Source of the DNA: a virus
Taxonomy: Duplodnaviria; Caudoviricetes
DNA length: 39,142 nt
Reading direction: 5' to 3' (one strand)
Virus record (IMG/VR): IMGVR_UViG_3300031912_000037
Span: 1 to 39,142 of that record
Positions 11,410-20,024 of this stretch are shown piece by piece. Within the stretch, counting starts at the first letter, position 1, and each line of letters opens with the position of its first letter. The notes below the pieces were generated by a model that saw only the letters and a list, made by a program, of their open reading frames with translations, was not told the DNA's origin and searched no databases. The position numbers and the translations under genes are program-made.

Positions 11410-12302
11410 TGGCTGATACGATCGCTCCTCTGGCTAACCTTATCGGCGGAGAGTTCGGAGTTCAGGGCGCTCTCTCGCAGGACGCGAGCGGAAACTGGCT
11501 GCTCTCGAACACCAGCAACGAGGGAACGACCACTAGCTCGCTTCTACAGAATGATCTGACGAGCGATCAGTGGGCGCAGTTTCAACAGCTGTTGAGCAAG
11601 GGCTACCTGGATACGTCCACGATGCAAGGTAGGGCGTTGCTGTCTAATAATGCGCCGTCGATCGGCGGCTTGGCTCCGAGTCAGCAGTTCGGCCTTGCGA
11701 ACATGGGCAGCGGTTATGTGTCTCTCGGTAACAATGAGAACACTGGGCCTCCAAGTATGTATGGTGGGCGGCAGTTGACGGATCCGAGCATGGTGAAGTG
11801 GGACCCAAATTATGGGTGGATCACGCCGCAAGCGAATGTAAAAAGTGATGATGACTGGATAGACAAGGTAGGCAGCTTCGTGGGCGACATAGCGCCTGGT
11901 GCGATCATGGCTGCACTGTCGGCCGGATTCGGCGCTCTGGGAGCGCCAGTGTGGGCAACGATGCTTACGAACCTTGCAAGCAGCCTTGGCGGGTCTGGGG
12001 GTCCACCTCTGACTCTTGGGTCCGGCGCTGGCAGCCAGAGCAACCTGGAGTCCCAGATCACGACGGCAGGGACGGCAGCGAGTGCTGGGAGTCCTCAGGT
12101 TACAGGGGTTCCGGCTGGGATGGAGCAGTATGTGCCGCTGCTCCTTCTGCTCAATCAGGCGTTCGGAGCCAGTAGTCAGGCGTCGAACAAGAATCAATCG
12201 ACGGCAACGAATACGAGCGGTGGAAATGCAAATAATCTGCCCGTAGTGAATAATGGGCTCTTTACAAGTTCGCCGACATCGGGTCGGCTGGGAGTGCAGT
12301 GA
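11409..12302 (+). CDS. Putative ejection / internal virion protein
   Basis: TGATG-coupled; Gly/Ala/Ser-rich with hydrophobic segment; position after hub. Confidence 0.55.
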   Translation: MADTIAPLANLIGGEFGVQGALSQDASGNWLLSNTSNEGTTTSSLLQNDLTSDQWAQFQQLLSKGYLDTSTMQGRALLSNNAPSIGGLAPSQQFGLANMGSGYVSLGNNENTGPPSMYGGRQLTDPSMVKWDPNYGWITPQANVKSDDDWIDKVGSFVGDIAPGAIMAALSAGFGALGAPVWATMLTNLASSLGGSGGPPLTLGSGAGSQSNLESQITTAGTAASAGSPQVTGVPAGMEQYVPLLLLLNQAFGASSQASNKNQSTATNTSGGNANNLPVVNNGLFTSSPTSGRLGVQ

Positions 12303-13054
12303 TGGCTGATACGACAACGGCAGGAACGAGCACGATCGACTGGAGCTCGCTGATCAAGAATCTGTCGACGTCCGGGCTCGACATCTATTCGCTCCTCACT
12401 GGTCAGGACAAGAACAACGCGAATGCTGCCATCCAGATTGCGGACCCGATCCTTCCGGCACAGGGTCAGGCACTCGGACAACTTCAGCAATTTCTCACGG
12501 ACCCATCAAAGTCCTTGCAGGACCCGGCGTTCCAGGCGGTGGAGCAGCTGGGCGCGGAGAACATCTCGAGACAGGCTGGTGCTGCGGGGATGGGCGCGAG
12601 CGGGAACCGACTGGCTGACCTGTTCAAGTTCGGAGAGACCAGCGGACTCCAGTATGAGAACCAGAAATTCAATCAACTGATGGACGTGCTCAAAGGTTCT
12701 CCTGCTGCGGCTGGAATTCTCACTCAGGGGCAGCGCAATCAGCAGAACACTATCGGCGATCTGTTGGCAAGCCTGTTTGGAGGGGGAGGAGTAGGAGGTA
12801 TCGCGCAGGCGTTGCCACAACTTTTCAAGCTCCTGACGGGCGGTGGCGGCACACCAGATCTCACAAGCATCATCGACAAGGGTGGGATCACGGGAGGCGG
12901 TCTGGATGTGGGTGGCTCACTGGGCGACATTTCGACGCCCGGAGATATTGCTGGATCATGGGGCGCTGGAGATTTTGCTACCGGCTTGGATCCGGGGTGG
13001 TTCCAGGGTGGGACTGGAGACATCTTCCAGATTGTCGACACGCTAGGAGGCTGA
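12302..13054 (+). CDS. Putative DNA ejection (pilot) protein
   Basis: DPAFQ...ISRQAGAAGMGASGNRLADLFKFG...QYENQKFNQL pattern typical of podovirus DNA-transfer proteins. Confidence 0.65.
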   Translation: MADTTTAGTSTIDWSSLIKNLSTSGLDIYSLLTGQDKNNANAAIQIADPILPAQGQALGQLQQFLTDPSKSLQDPAFQAVEQLGAENISRQAGAAGMGASGNRLADLFKFGETSGLQYENQKFNQLMDVLKGSPAAAGILTQGQRNQQNTIGDLLASLFGGGGVGGIAQALPQLFKLLTGGGGTPDLTSIIDKGGITGGGLDVGGSLGDISTPGDIAGSWGAGDFATGLDPGWFQGGTGDIFQIVDTLGG

Positions 13055-13055
13055 G

Positions 13056-14378
13056 ATGCCTGCATGGGGCGACATCGTAAACAGCCTGTTGCTGAACCGG
13101 CAGCAGTTGCAGGAGGGCCAGCTTCACATGGAGAAGCAGGCGCTCGATATTTACGCGGAGCAGCAGCACATCCAGATGGTCGATCGCGAGGACCAGGCGA
13201 ACCGTCAGGTGCTATCGAATTTCCTCCAAGGTTCCCAGGCAATGGGGGACAAGAGCAACGACATTCAGGAGGGGGATAGCCCCGTCACGGTCGCGCAGAA
13301 GTCATTGCGTCAGGCACAGACGCAGGCGCAACAGTCGTGGGGACTGGCGAATGCCCTGATCAAGGCTGGCGGCAGCGTGGGCCTTGCCGAGAGGTACGTC
13401 ACTGACGCCCGTATGGCTGACCAGCGGGCATTGAACGCCCAGCGGGAACTTCGCTTGGAGCAGAAGGATCAGGCGCTACGGGCGTCGAACATTGCTGGGA
13501 CGGCCAGTGATGAGCCAACCTTTCAGAGCGCCATCGCGCAACTGAGGGAAGAGGCTCCAGACATGGTGAATCGCCTGTCATGGGACACGGACGCAGCGGG
13601 GAAGCCAGTCTGGGGAGAAACGTCTAAGCGCACGATGAACACCCTTGCCCAGTCGGGGATGACTGAAGCGCAGAAGATCGACAAGCAGGTTAAGGTTGAG
13701 GATGAGCTACGCAAGCAGCGCGAGGAAGCACGAAAGATCGAGGACGACAAGGTAAACCTTCAAGAGAAGAACGCCCGAATCGCCAACCTTAACCAGAGCA
13801 CTAGGTCATCGAAGGCGCTCGAAGAGCAACGCGAAGAGGTTACACGCGAGAAGCAGGCAAAGGCTGCCCGCGCCCAAGTGATTGCTTCGAAGGATCCGAC
13901 CAAGGAAATGGTCAATCAGGCGCGGGCTGCAATCGAAGCGAAGTACGACGAGAAGTTCGACACGAAGAGCCTGGACGCCTTTGCGGGCGACGTCGCGGCG
14001 AGAGCGAACAAGATTAGGGCCGACAACCTACGCGCAGGCGTTGATGTATCCGTCGATGAGGCGCGGCAGCAGGCCATGGATGAATTGGATCAATTCTCGA
14101 AAAAGAATCATCAGGAAGCAGACTTTTTCCACTGGTTCCCAGACAAGGACACACGTTCGTATTCCCGTGGCCGCTCTCCGGACGCCGCTCCGGAGAAGAC
14201 TGAGGCGAAGCAATCTCAGGTCAATAAGCCGTCAAACACTCCGATCCCTCTTCCCCCTGGCAGCGTGGCGCAGCGTAACGCGGCACTTGTTAAGAATCAG
14301 GTTTACGACACTCCGCAAGGCAAAGGGCGTTTCATAGGTATGAAGGACGGCAAGCCTCAATTCGAAGAAGTGCAGTAG
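13056..14378 (+). CDS. Putative ejection protein, coiled-coil
   Basis: Q/E/K/A-rich helical sequence; RBS AGGAGG; position in ejection module. Confidence 0.6.
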   Translation: MPAWGDIVNSLLLNRQQLQEGQLHMEKQALDIYAEQQHIQMVDREDQANRQVLSNFLQGSQAMGDKSNDIQEGDSPVTVAQKSLRQAQTQAQQSWGLANALIKAGGSVGLAERYVTDARMADQRALNAQRELRLEQKDQALRASNIAGTASDEPTFQSAIAQLREEAPDMVNRLSWDTDAAGKPVWGETSKRTMNTLAQSGMTEAQKIDKQVKVEDELRKQREEARKIEDDKVNLQEKNARIANLNQSTRSSKALEEQREEVTREKQAKAARAQVIASKDPTKEMVNQARAAIEAKYDEKFDTKSLDAFAGDVAARANKIRADNLRAGVDVSVDEARQQAMDELDQFSKKNHQEADFFHWFPDKDTRSYSRGRSPDAAPEKTEAKQSQVNKPSNTPIPLPPGSVAQRNAALVKNQVYDTPQGKGRFIGMKDGKPQFEEVQ

Positions 14379-17300
14379 TGGCTAGAGTCTTCACACTCGA
14401 TGACGCACCGGCTTCTCCAGCTGGTCCCATCACGGCTGGTGATGTAGATGCTGCGTTCGACTATCAGGCAGAGAAGGCTAGGGGCGTAGACCCGGAGCTC
14501 GACAAGCAGATCGAGCGTTACTCGACGATGCCATCGAAGCAGACGCCGTTCAAGGCGGCGGCGTGGTCGCTGAACCCCAAGATTCCGGGTCATCCTGAGT
14601 ATGACGACGAGGGCAAGAGCGCGATTGGTGTACTGAAGCAGGAGCGTGAGGCTCAGAGCAAGCGTAGCGCTGGCAAGGCTCGCGTGTTCACTTTGGATGA
14701 TGAACCCGTTCAGAAGCCAAAGCCAGAGGAAGCATCTCCCGCCGAGATCAATACTCTGAACCAGAAGCAGTTTGCGTGGGCGAAAGACTTCTACGACAAG
14801 CTGACCAAGGGTGGCTGGGAGGGGGCATACAAGGAGGGGGTGCCGAACCAGATCTTCGAGCGGATGACCGACGTAAAATCCGCCGAGATCGAGATGCAGA
14901 ACGACAAGCTCCAGGAGAAGGAGATCGAGCGGCGCAAGGCTGCTGGTGAGTCAACGTCGTGGTATGACATGGCGCAGTGGCGGGCACTCAAGATCAACGA
15001 GATCATTGCCTCGCACAAGCCAAAGCCTCCGCAGCAAACGGCGACCGAGATGTGGGACGCCGTGAAGAAAGCCGCAGCGGATGATCCAAAGGGATTCATC
15101 GCGGAGACTGCTCGAGGGTTTGTGCTGCACCCAGAGTTGATCATGATGCCCGAGTTGCTGCCGGTTCGAATGGGGCAGATTGCGGAGCGCGTGGTCGCTG
15201 GCGCTCAAGCCGCAGGGAAGGCAGCGAAAACCGTTGGCAAGGCAGCAGAGGCGGTCACGGATGCGGCCCAGATAGGCGTTGCAGCAGGAGCCGAGTCGGC
15301 GCTGTCGCAGGCCGTGAATACCGGCGAGATTGATCCTACGCGCACGATGTTTGAGGGCGCTATGGCAGCTGCGCCCGTGGTCGCCATGCGTGCGTTGAAA
15401 CCGCGGGAGGCCACCCAGGTCAAGATGGCGGCAGACCTTGCCATGGCGAAGGCGGCGAAGGAGAAGGGCATTGAGCCGTCGTCGCGTTCAGTCGAGGACA
15501 TTGTTGAACAGGTCGACCAGAAGGTGGCGAATGGAGACCCCGTTCAGTCGGCGCTCGCTGACGTGCTCAAGCAGAACCAGGTGTCGGAAGCGGCAGCAGA
15601 GGATGCTGCCAAGATGGTTCCAGAAACGAAAGGAGAATCCCATGCCGTTGAAGAAAGGCCGGTCACGCAAGACGATCTCAGCGAACATCAGCGAGTTGAC
15701 ACACCACGGGAGCCGACCCCGGAGCCACAAGCAGATCGTGGCGATCGCGCTGGCCCAAGCGAGGCGCAGCCGAAAGAGGAAGCGCGGGTAGCCAAAGGTC
15801 AATTCGGAAATACGGAAGTTCAGTCGGCAAACCTAACTTCCGAGAATGGGTTCCCATTTTCCATTAAACGGGAATTCCCTGGAAAGTACAAAATTCTTTC
15901 CACGGAGGGAGAACCAATAGGCGAAATCAGCTATACCCGCCTCCCTTCCGGAGAATGGAAAGTCACCGGAGTCGAGGTAAAGCCAGAGTTCCAGCGGCGA
16001 GGAATAGCTGGAAAGGTTTACGATTTCCTTGAGAAGCAGATAGGCCAGAAATTCGCTGAAACTGGAAGCTACACGGCGGCTGGTCGAGCGTTCCGAGAAG
16101 CGAAGAAAGAAAAGACTCCTCCTGGTCAGAACCCACTCCCCGAAGGCGTCCCCAACCGGTTCGCCACGGCTGACGAGGCCCGTCGCGTCTACGAGATGCT
16201 TGGCTTCGACGAGCTCGCCATGACCGCGGACAAGCCGATCGCGATGTCGGCGCTGCGCCGTCGATTGGCGCACCGCATGGCGGGCGAGAAGTTCGCGGAT
16301 GGGGCACTCAAGGATGCTGCCGCACGTGGCGTATTCGACCAGACTCCGGAAACAGCCAAGGCTGCTGTCGTTCCCAAGGGAGAGGTGGTCATTCCATCCC
16401 CGTCGACGGCTGCGGCTGACACTCCTGCCCCGACTCAGGCGGCGACGAACCTGAGGCAGCTGATAGGCGAGATCGGCTGGGCCGAGAAGGGTGGTCGCAT
16501 CCTGCGGGAGCAACCCAAGACCGTCGAGGAGATGCGCGACAAGGACTTCCGGGGCGACGTCGTGGGCCGCACGAAATGGGTCCCCCTCTCGGACTTCTGG
16601 CCTGGTCGTCCCGACAAGAAGCTCACCCAGCGTCAGGCGGATGCGGCCATCGACAAGGCGATCAAGGGCGAGAAGCTGTCTCCCATCGAGCAACGCTTCA
16701 TCGACTACGCGAACGAGGAGTTGAAGTTCCGCGACGGCGAGGTGCGAAAGTCAGCGGAAGCCAAGGCCGAGATCGACCGCGAGGCTGCGGAGGAGCGCCT
16801 TGCCATTCAGGAAGAGAACCACTACGCCGGGAAAGAGGTGGGTGCAGTTGACCCATCCGTTCTGATCGCTCTTGGAATCACTGCAGCGGCGGGCGCAGGG
16901 GCGGCGCTCTACACCAAGGACCCGAAGAAGGCGATTCTCACGGCGCTCGCAACAGGCGGGCTCGCTGCCGTGGGGATGCTGCTGCACCGTGGCGTCAAGG
17001 CGAATGCGGACCTGTTTGAGTACCTGAAGAATCCGTCGTACAGGGCGCAGGATAAGTTCCGCGACTACTGGCGAACCATCCGCTCTGGGCGTCTGGCAAC
17101 GCAGCGGCTCGCGTGGCAGCTGGAGGAGCTGGTCAAGGACCCCAAGGCCCGTGAACCGATCATCCACTACATTCAGGGCGACACGTCGATCAAACTCTCC
17201 CCAGAGCAGCTTCAGCTGGCTGCCACACTTGAGAACATCTTCAAGACGATGGGCGAGCGCGGGCAGAAGGCGGGCCTTCTGCCTGACGATCTACTGGAGA

Positions 17301-19192
17301 ATTACATCACGCAGCTGTGGACGGCCCTGAACAAGAACGATGGCATCGTCAGAAACATGATTCGGTCGCTCGGGAAATCGAATATGTTTGAAGCTGGAAT
17401 GTCTCCGCGCACGCGCTTCGCCATGGAGCGGGTGATTCCCAGCTACAAGGAAGGCATGGCGCGGGGGATGATCCCGACGACGTTGGACCCCATCAAGATC
17501 ATGCAGATCTACATGGACAATCTCACCAAGGCGATCGCGAACAAGAATCTTGTCGCCGCGTTGAAGCGCGACAAGACGATGGATGGTCAACCCCTGGTGA
17601 TCCGAGACACGCCAGAGGAGATCGCCGCACAGATCCGGCAGGCCGCAGCGATCGTCGACAAGCAATGGGCGGGTGGCGGAGAGATCGCGAAGGACATCCG
17701 AGACTTTGCCATTCGCAAGGCCCCGAAGGAATACGTCACCATTGATCATCCGCAGATGCGTGGGCTCAAGGTCCATCAGGACATTGCGCCGACCATGAAG
17801 TGGCTATTCGATGCTCCTCCAGGTGCGCTCACCAAGCTGGGATATGCCGCGGCGGTCGCGGCAAAGCGGGGGATCTTCTCCTACTCACTGTTTCATGTGA
17901 AGGCGCTCGCTGACGCGATGGCCGGGACCAGCGTTCGGGGATGGGTCAGCGTAGGGAAGTCCATTCTGGGTCGCAGCGATGGTGCGTACCAGATGCTTCG
18001 CAAGGGTTCCGCTGGCGACGTGATTGATCTCCTGGTGCAGAACGGTTTGAACGTACTCGAGAAGCCGCTGGAGGGTGACATCACGCCCTTCTCGAATGCG
18101 CTCAAGCTGCTGGAGGAGAAGAATCCGATCATCGGTATTCCAGCGAAGGGTGCTCTCATCGTCGCGGAGGCAATGAACACGTTCCTGTGGTCGACCGTGT
18201 TTCCGACCTTCAAGGTCGCCGCTGGGATGGCCGCGTTCGAAAAGGTGCTCAAGGATTCGACCAATCCTTCGCTCGCCATGAGGATGTCGGACAAGGTTCT
18301 GGGAAAGCGCAAGGCAAACCTGTCTCGAGCGGATGCAGCACGTATCACCGCATCGTTCGTGAACGACATCTTTGGTGGCCTGGACTGGTTCAGCATGGCG
18401 AACGAGGTGAACAACGCCGTGGGCCGCAAGCTGGCACTCGCAGTGACGTCGCCGCAGGGTCGACGCATGCTGCAAATTCTACAGTTAGCTCCCGACTGGA
18501 CGATCGCTACAACGCGGGCCATGCTGAAAGCCATTCCAGGAATATCGCAGCGGGAAATCGCGGCTCTCCACCAAGGCTACGCCGTGCGCTCGGTGTTGCT
18601 CTACCTGACCCTTGGGACTGCTCTTAACTACTATTTCTCAGGACATAGCATCTTCAAGAATAAAGATTGGACGATGATTGACCTGGGCGACGGGCGCAAG
18701 ATGCAGCTGTCGAAGCACTTCATGGAGCCCATCCACTGGTTGCTGAATCCGGGTCAGCAGGCGTTGAACAAACTCGGGTGGGTGGTCAAGGAACCGATCG
18801 AACAGGCGATGAACCAGCAGTGGCTCTCCGCCAAGGGAGCGCCGCCGATTCGGACCACGCGCAAGGATGAGGATCCTGTCGAGGCGTTCGTGCGGAAGAG
18901 TGGACAGACCTTGGCGCATTCTGCGGGCGGAGTGATGCCCATTGCAGGGCAAACCGCTTATGATCTCGGCCTGTTGCGGCTAGACCCGGACCTGAGTGGA
19001 CTGACGCCGACGCTCGCTGGCTTCTTCGGCTTCCCGATCTACGGTAAGACGGATGAGCAGTACGTGAGAGCAGCTGGAGAACGCGCAGAGTCGGCAGGGA
19101 AAGATCGTGCCGAAGCAGAGAAACGAGCAACGAAGCGGCGCGAGCGAGAGAAGAAGAAACGCGAAGAGGCAGCAAGACCAGAGAGACCGTGA
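14378..19192 (+). CDS. Large ejection / polyvalent protein (1604 aa) with internal GNAT acetyltransferase domain
   Basis: GTG start in TAGTG overlap; GNAT motif A VEVKPEFQRRGIAGKVY...TAAGRAF at about 15960-16100; two hydrophobic helices near 16860-16990. Confidence 0.75.
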   Translation: MARVFTLDDAPASPAGPITAGDVDAAFDYQAEKARGVDPELDKQIERYSTMPSKQTPFKAAAWSLNPKIPGHPEYDDEGKSAIGVLKQEREAQSKRSAGKARVFTLDDEPVQKPKPEEASPAEINTLNQKQFAWAKDFYDKLTKGGWEGAYKEGVPNQIFERMTDVKSAEIEMQNDKLQEKEIERRKAAGESTSWYDMAQWRALKINEIIASHKPKPPQQTATEMWDAVKKAAADDPKGFIAETARGFVLHPELIMMPELLPVRMGQIAERVVAGAQAAGKAAKTVGKAAEAVTDAAQIGVAAGAESALSQAVNTGEIDPTRTMFEGAMAAAPVVAMRALKPREATQVKMAADLAMAKAAKEKGIEPSSRSVEDIVEQVDQKVANGDPVQSALADVLKQNQVSEAAAEDAAKMVPETKGESHAVEERPVTQDDLSEHQRVDTPREPTPEPQADRGDRAGPSEAQPKEEARVAKGQFGNTEVQSANLTSENGFPFSIKREFPGKYKILSTEGEPIGEISYTRLPSGEWKVTGVEVKPEFQRRGIAGKVYDFLEKQIGQKFAETGSYTAAGRAFREAKKEKTPPGQNPLPEGVPNRFATADEARRVYEMLGFDELAMTADKPIAMSALRRRLAHRMAGEKFADGALKDAAARGVFDQTPETAKAAVVPKGEVVIPSPSTAAADTPAPTQAATNLRQLIGEIGWAEKGGRILREQPKTVEEMRDKDFRGDVVGRTKWVPLSDFWPGRPDKKLTQRQADAAIDKAIKGEKLSPIEQRFIDYANEELKFRDGEVRKSAEAKAEIDREAAEERLAIQEENHYAGKEVGAVDPSVLIALGITAAAGAGAALYTKDPKKAILTALATGGLAAVGMLLHRGVKANADLFEYLKNPSYRAQDKFRDYWRTIRSGRLATQRLAWQLEELVKDPKAREPIIHYIQGDTSIKLSPEQLQLAATLENIFKTMGERGQKAGLLPDDLLENYITQLWTALNKNDGIVRNMIRSLGKSNMFEAGMSPRTRFAMERVIPSYKEGMARGMIPTTLDPIKIMQIYMDNLTKAIANKNLVAALKRDKTMDGQPLVIRDTPEEIAAQIRQAAAIVDKQWAGGGEIAKDIRDFAIRKAPKEYVTIDHPQMRGLKVHQDIAPTMKWLFDAPPGALTKLGYAAAVAAKRGIFSYSLFHVKALADAMAGTSVRGWVSVGKSILGRSDGAYQMLRKGSAGDVIDLLVQNGLNVLEKPLEGDITPFSNALKLLEEKNPIIGIPAKGALIVAEAMNTFLWSTVFPTFKVAAGMAAFEKVLKDSTNPSLAMRMSDKVLGKRKANLSRADAARITASFVNDIFGGLDWFSMANEVNNAVGRKLALAVTSPQGRRMLQILQLAPDWTIATTRAMLKAIPGISQREIAALHQGYAVRSVLLYLTLGTALNYYFSGHSIFKNKDWTMIDLGDGRKMQLSKHFMEPIHWLLNPGQQALNKLGWVVKEPIEQAMNQQWLSAKGAPPIRTTRKDEDPVEAFVRKSGQTLAHSAGGVMPIAGQTAYDLGLLRLDPDLSGLTPTLAGFFGFPIYGKTDEQYVRAAGERAESAGKDRAEAEKRATKRREREKKKREEAARPERP
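15642..15791 (+). CDS. Nested 49-aa basic protein in an alternative frame of the large ejection gene
   Basis: RBS AAAGGAG then MPLKKGRSRKTISANISELTHHGSRPRSHKQIVAIALAQARRSRKRKRG; resembles the small phage family MPLKKGxSxKTISxNI...QAVAIAL. Confidence 0.65.
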   Translation: MPLKKGRSRKTISANISELTHHGSRPRSHKQIVAIALAQARRSRKRKRG

Positions 19193-19317
19193 TGGAACCC
19201 GTTCCTGGCAGTGAAAGGCAGCAGCCTCAACAGTACGATCCCGAGGATGATTATGGTTCACGATTCGACGAGGGATCTGAGGATCCCGATCTATGGGAAA
19301 ACGAGGAGGGTAACTAA
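19192..19317 (+). CDS. 41-aa acidic peptide (not in ORF track)
   Basis: Coupled on both sides (TGATG at 19190, TAATG at 19315): MEPVPGSERQQPQQYDPEDDYGSRFDEGSEDPDLWENEEGN*. Confidence 0.6.
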   Translation: MEPVPGSERQQPQQYDPEDDYGSRFDEGSEDPDLWENEEGN

Positions 19318-20024
19318 TGCAAGTAGCAATCTGTACGCCGTCATCTGGTTCGGTCAAAGCGTCATACGCCATTTCCTTGGTGGGGCTGATGGCGCATTAC
19401 CTCGCGCATCCGGTCGAGGGATACCCTGAGGATGAGGAACGAAAACTTTCGTTCGATATGCTGTTGAGTACCACGATAACGACGGGCCGAGAGATCATGA
19501 TGCGATCGGTGCTGGCGCAGCATGAGGCCACGCACTTTCTTTTCATCGACGACGACATGGGATTTCAGCCTGACATTCTGAACATCGCGTTGTCACGCAG
19601 GAAACCAATGGTGATCGCCAACTATCGCAGGAGAACTCCGCCATGGACTTTCACTGCTCGAGTATCTGATGGAAACGGCGGCAGTCTGGAGTGCATCACT
19701 GACGATTCCAAGTCTGGACTTGAGCGTGCATTGTTCGGAGGTTTCGGATTCGCTCTCATGGAAACGCAAATGCTGGACCGCATCCCAGTCCCACGGTTCA
19801 GCAACAACTGGGTCCCAGAAACCGCGATGTATACCACGGAGGACGTCGCGTTCATGGAGAGAGTCGCGAAGATAGGTGAGGAGGTTTACGTGGACCATGA
19901 CATCTCCAAGCGTGTGTACCACGTTGGCGATTTCGTCTACAAGTACGACGACTGCCCGATGAAGGGTGGCGACACGCAAGCGCAGCAACGGTTCGACGTC
20001 GGGATGAGCAGACCAATCGCGTGA
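19317..20024 (+). CDS. Glycosyltransferase, GT-A fold (GT2-like)
   Basis: VAICTP, THFLFIDDDMGF (DxD), GFGFAL, EDVAF, VYVDxxxxxxxxHVG motifs. Confidence 0.8.
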   Translation: MQVAICTPSSGSVKASYAISLVGLMAHYLAHPVEGYPEDEERKLSFDMLLSTTITTGREIMMRSVLAQHEATHFLFIDDDMGFQPDILNIALSRRKPMVIANYRRRTPPWTFTARVSDGNGGSLECITDDSKSGLERALFGGFGFALMETQMLDRIPVPRFSNNWVPETAMYTTEDVAFMERVAKIGEEVYVDHDISKRVYHVGDFVYKYDDCPMKGGDTQAQQRFDVGMSRPIA

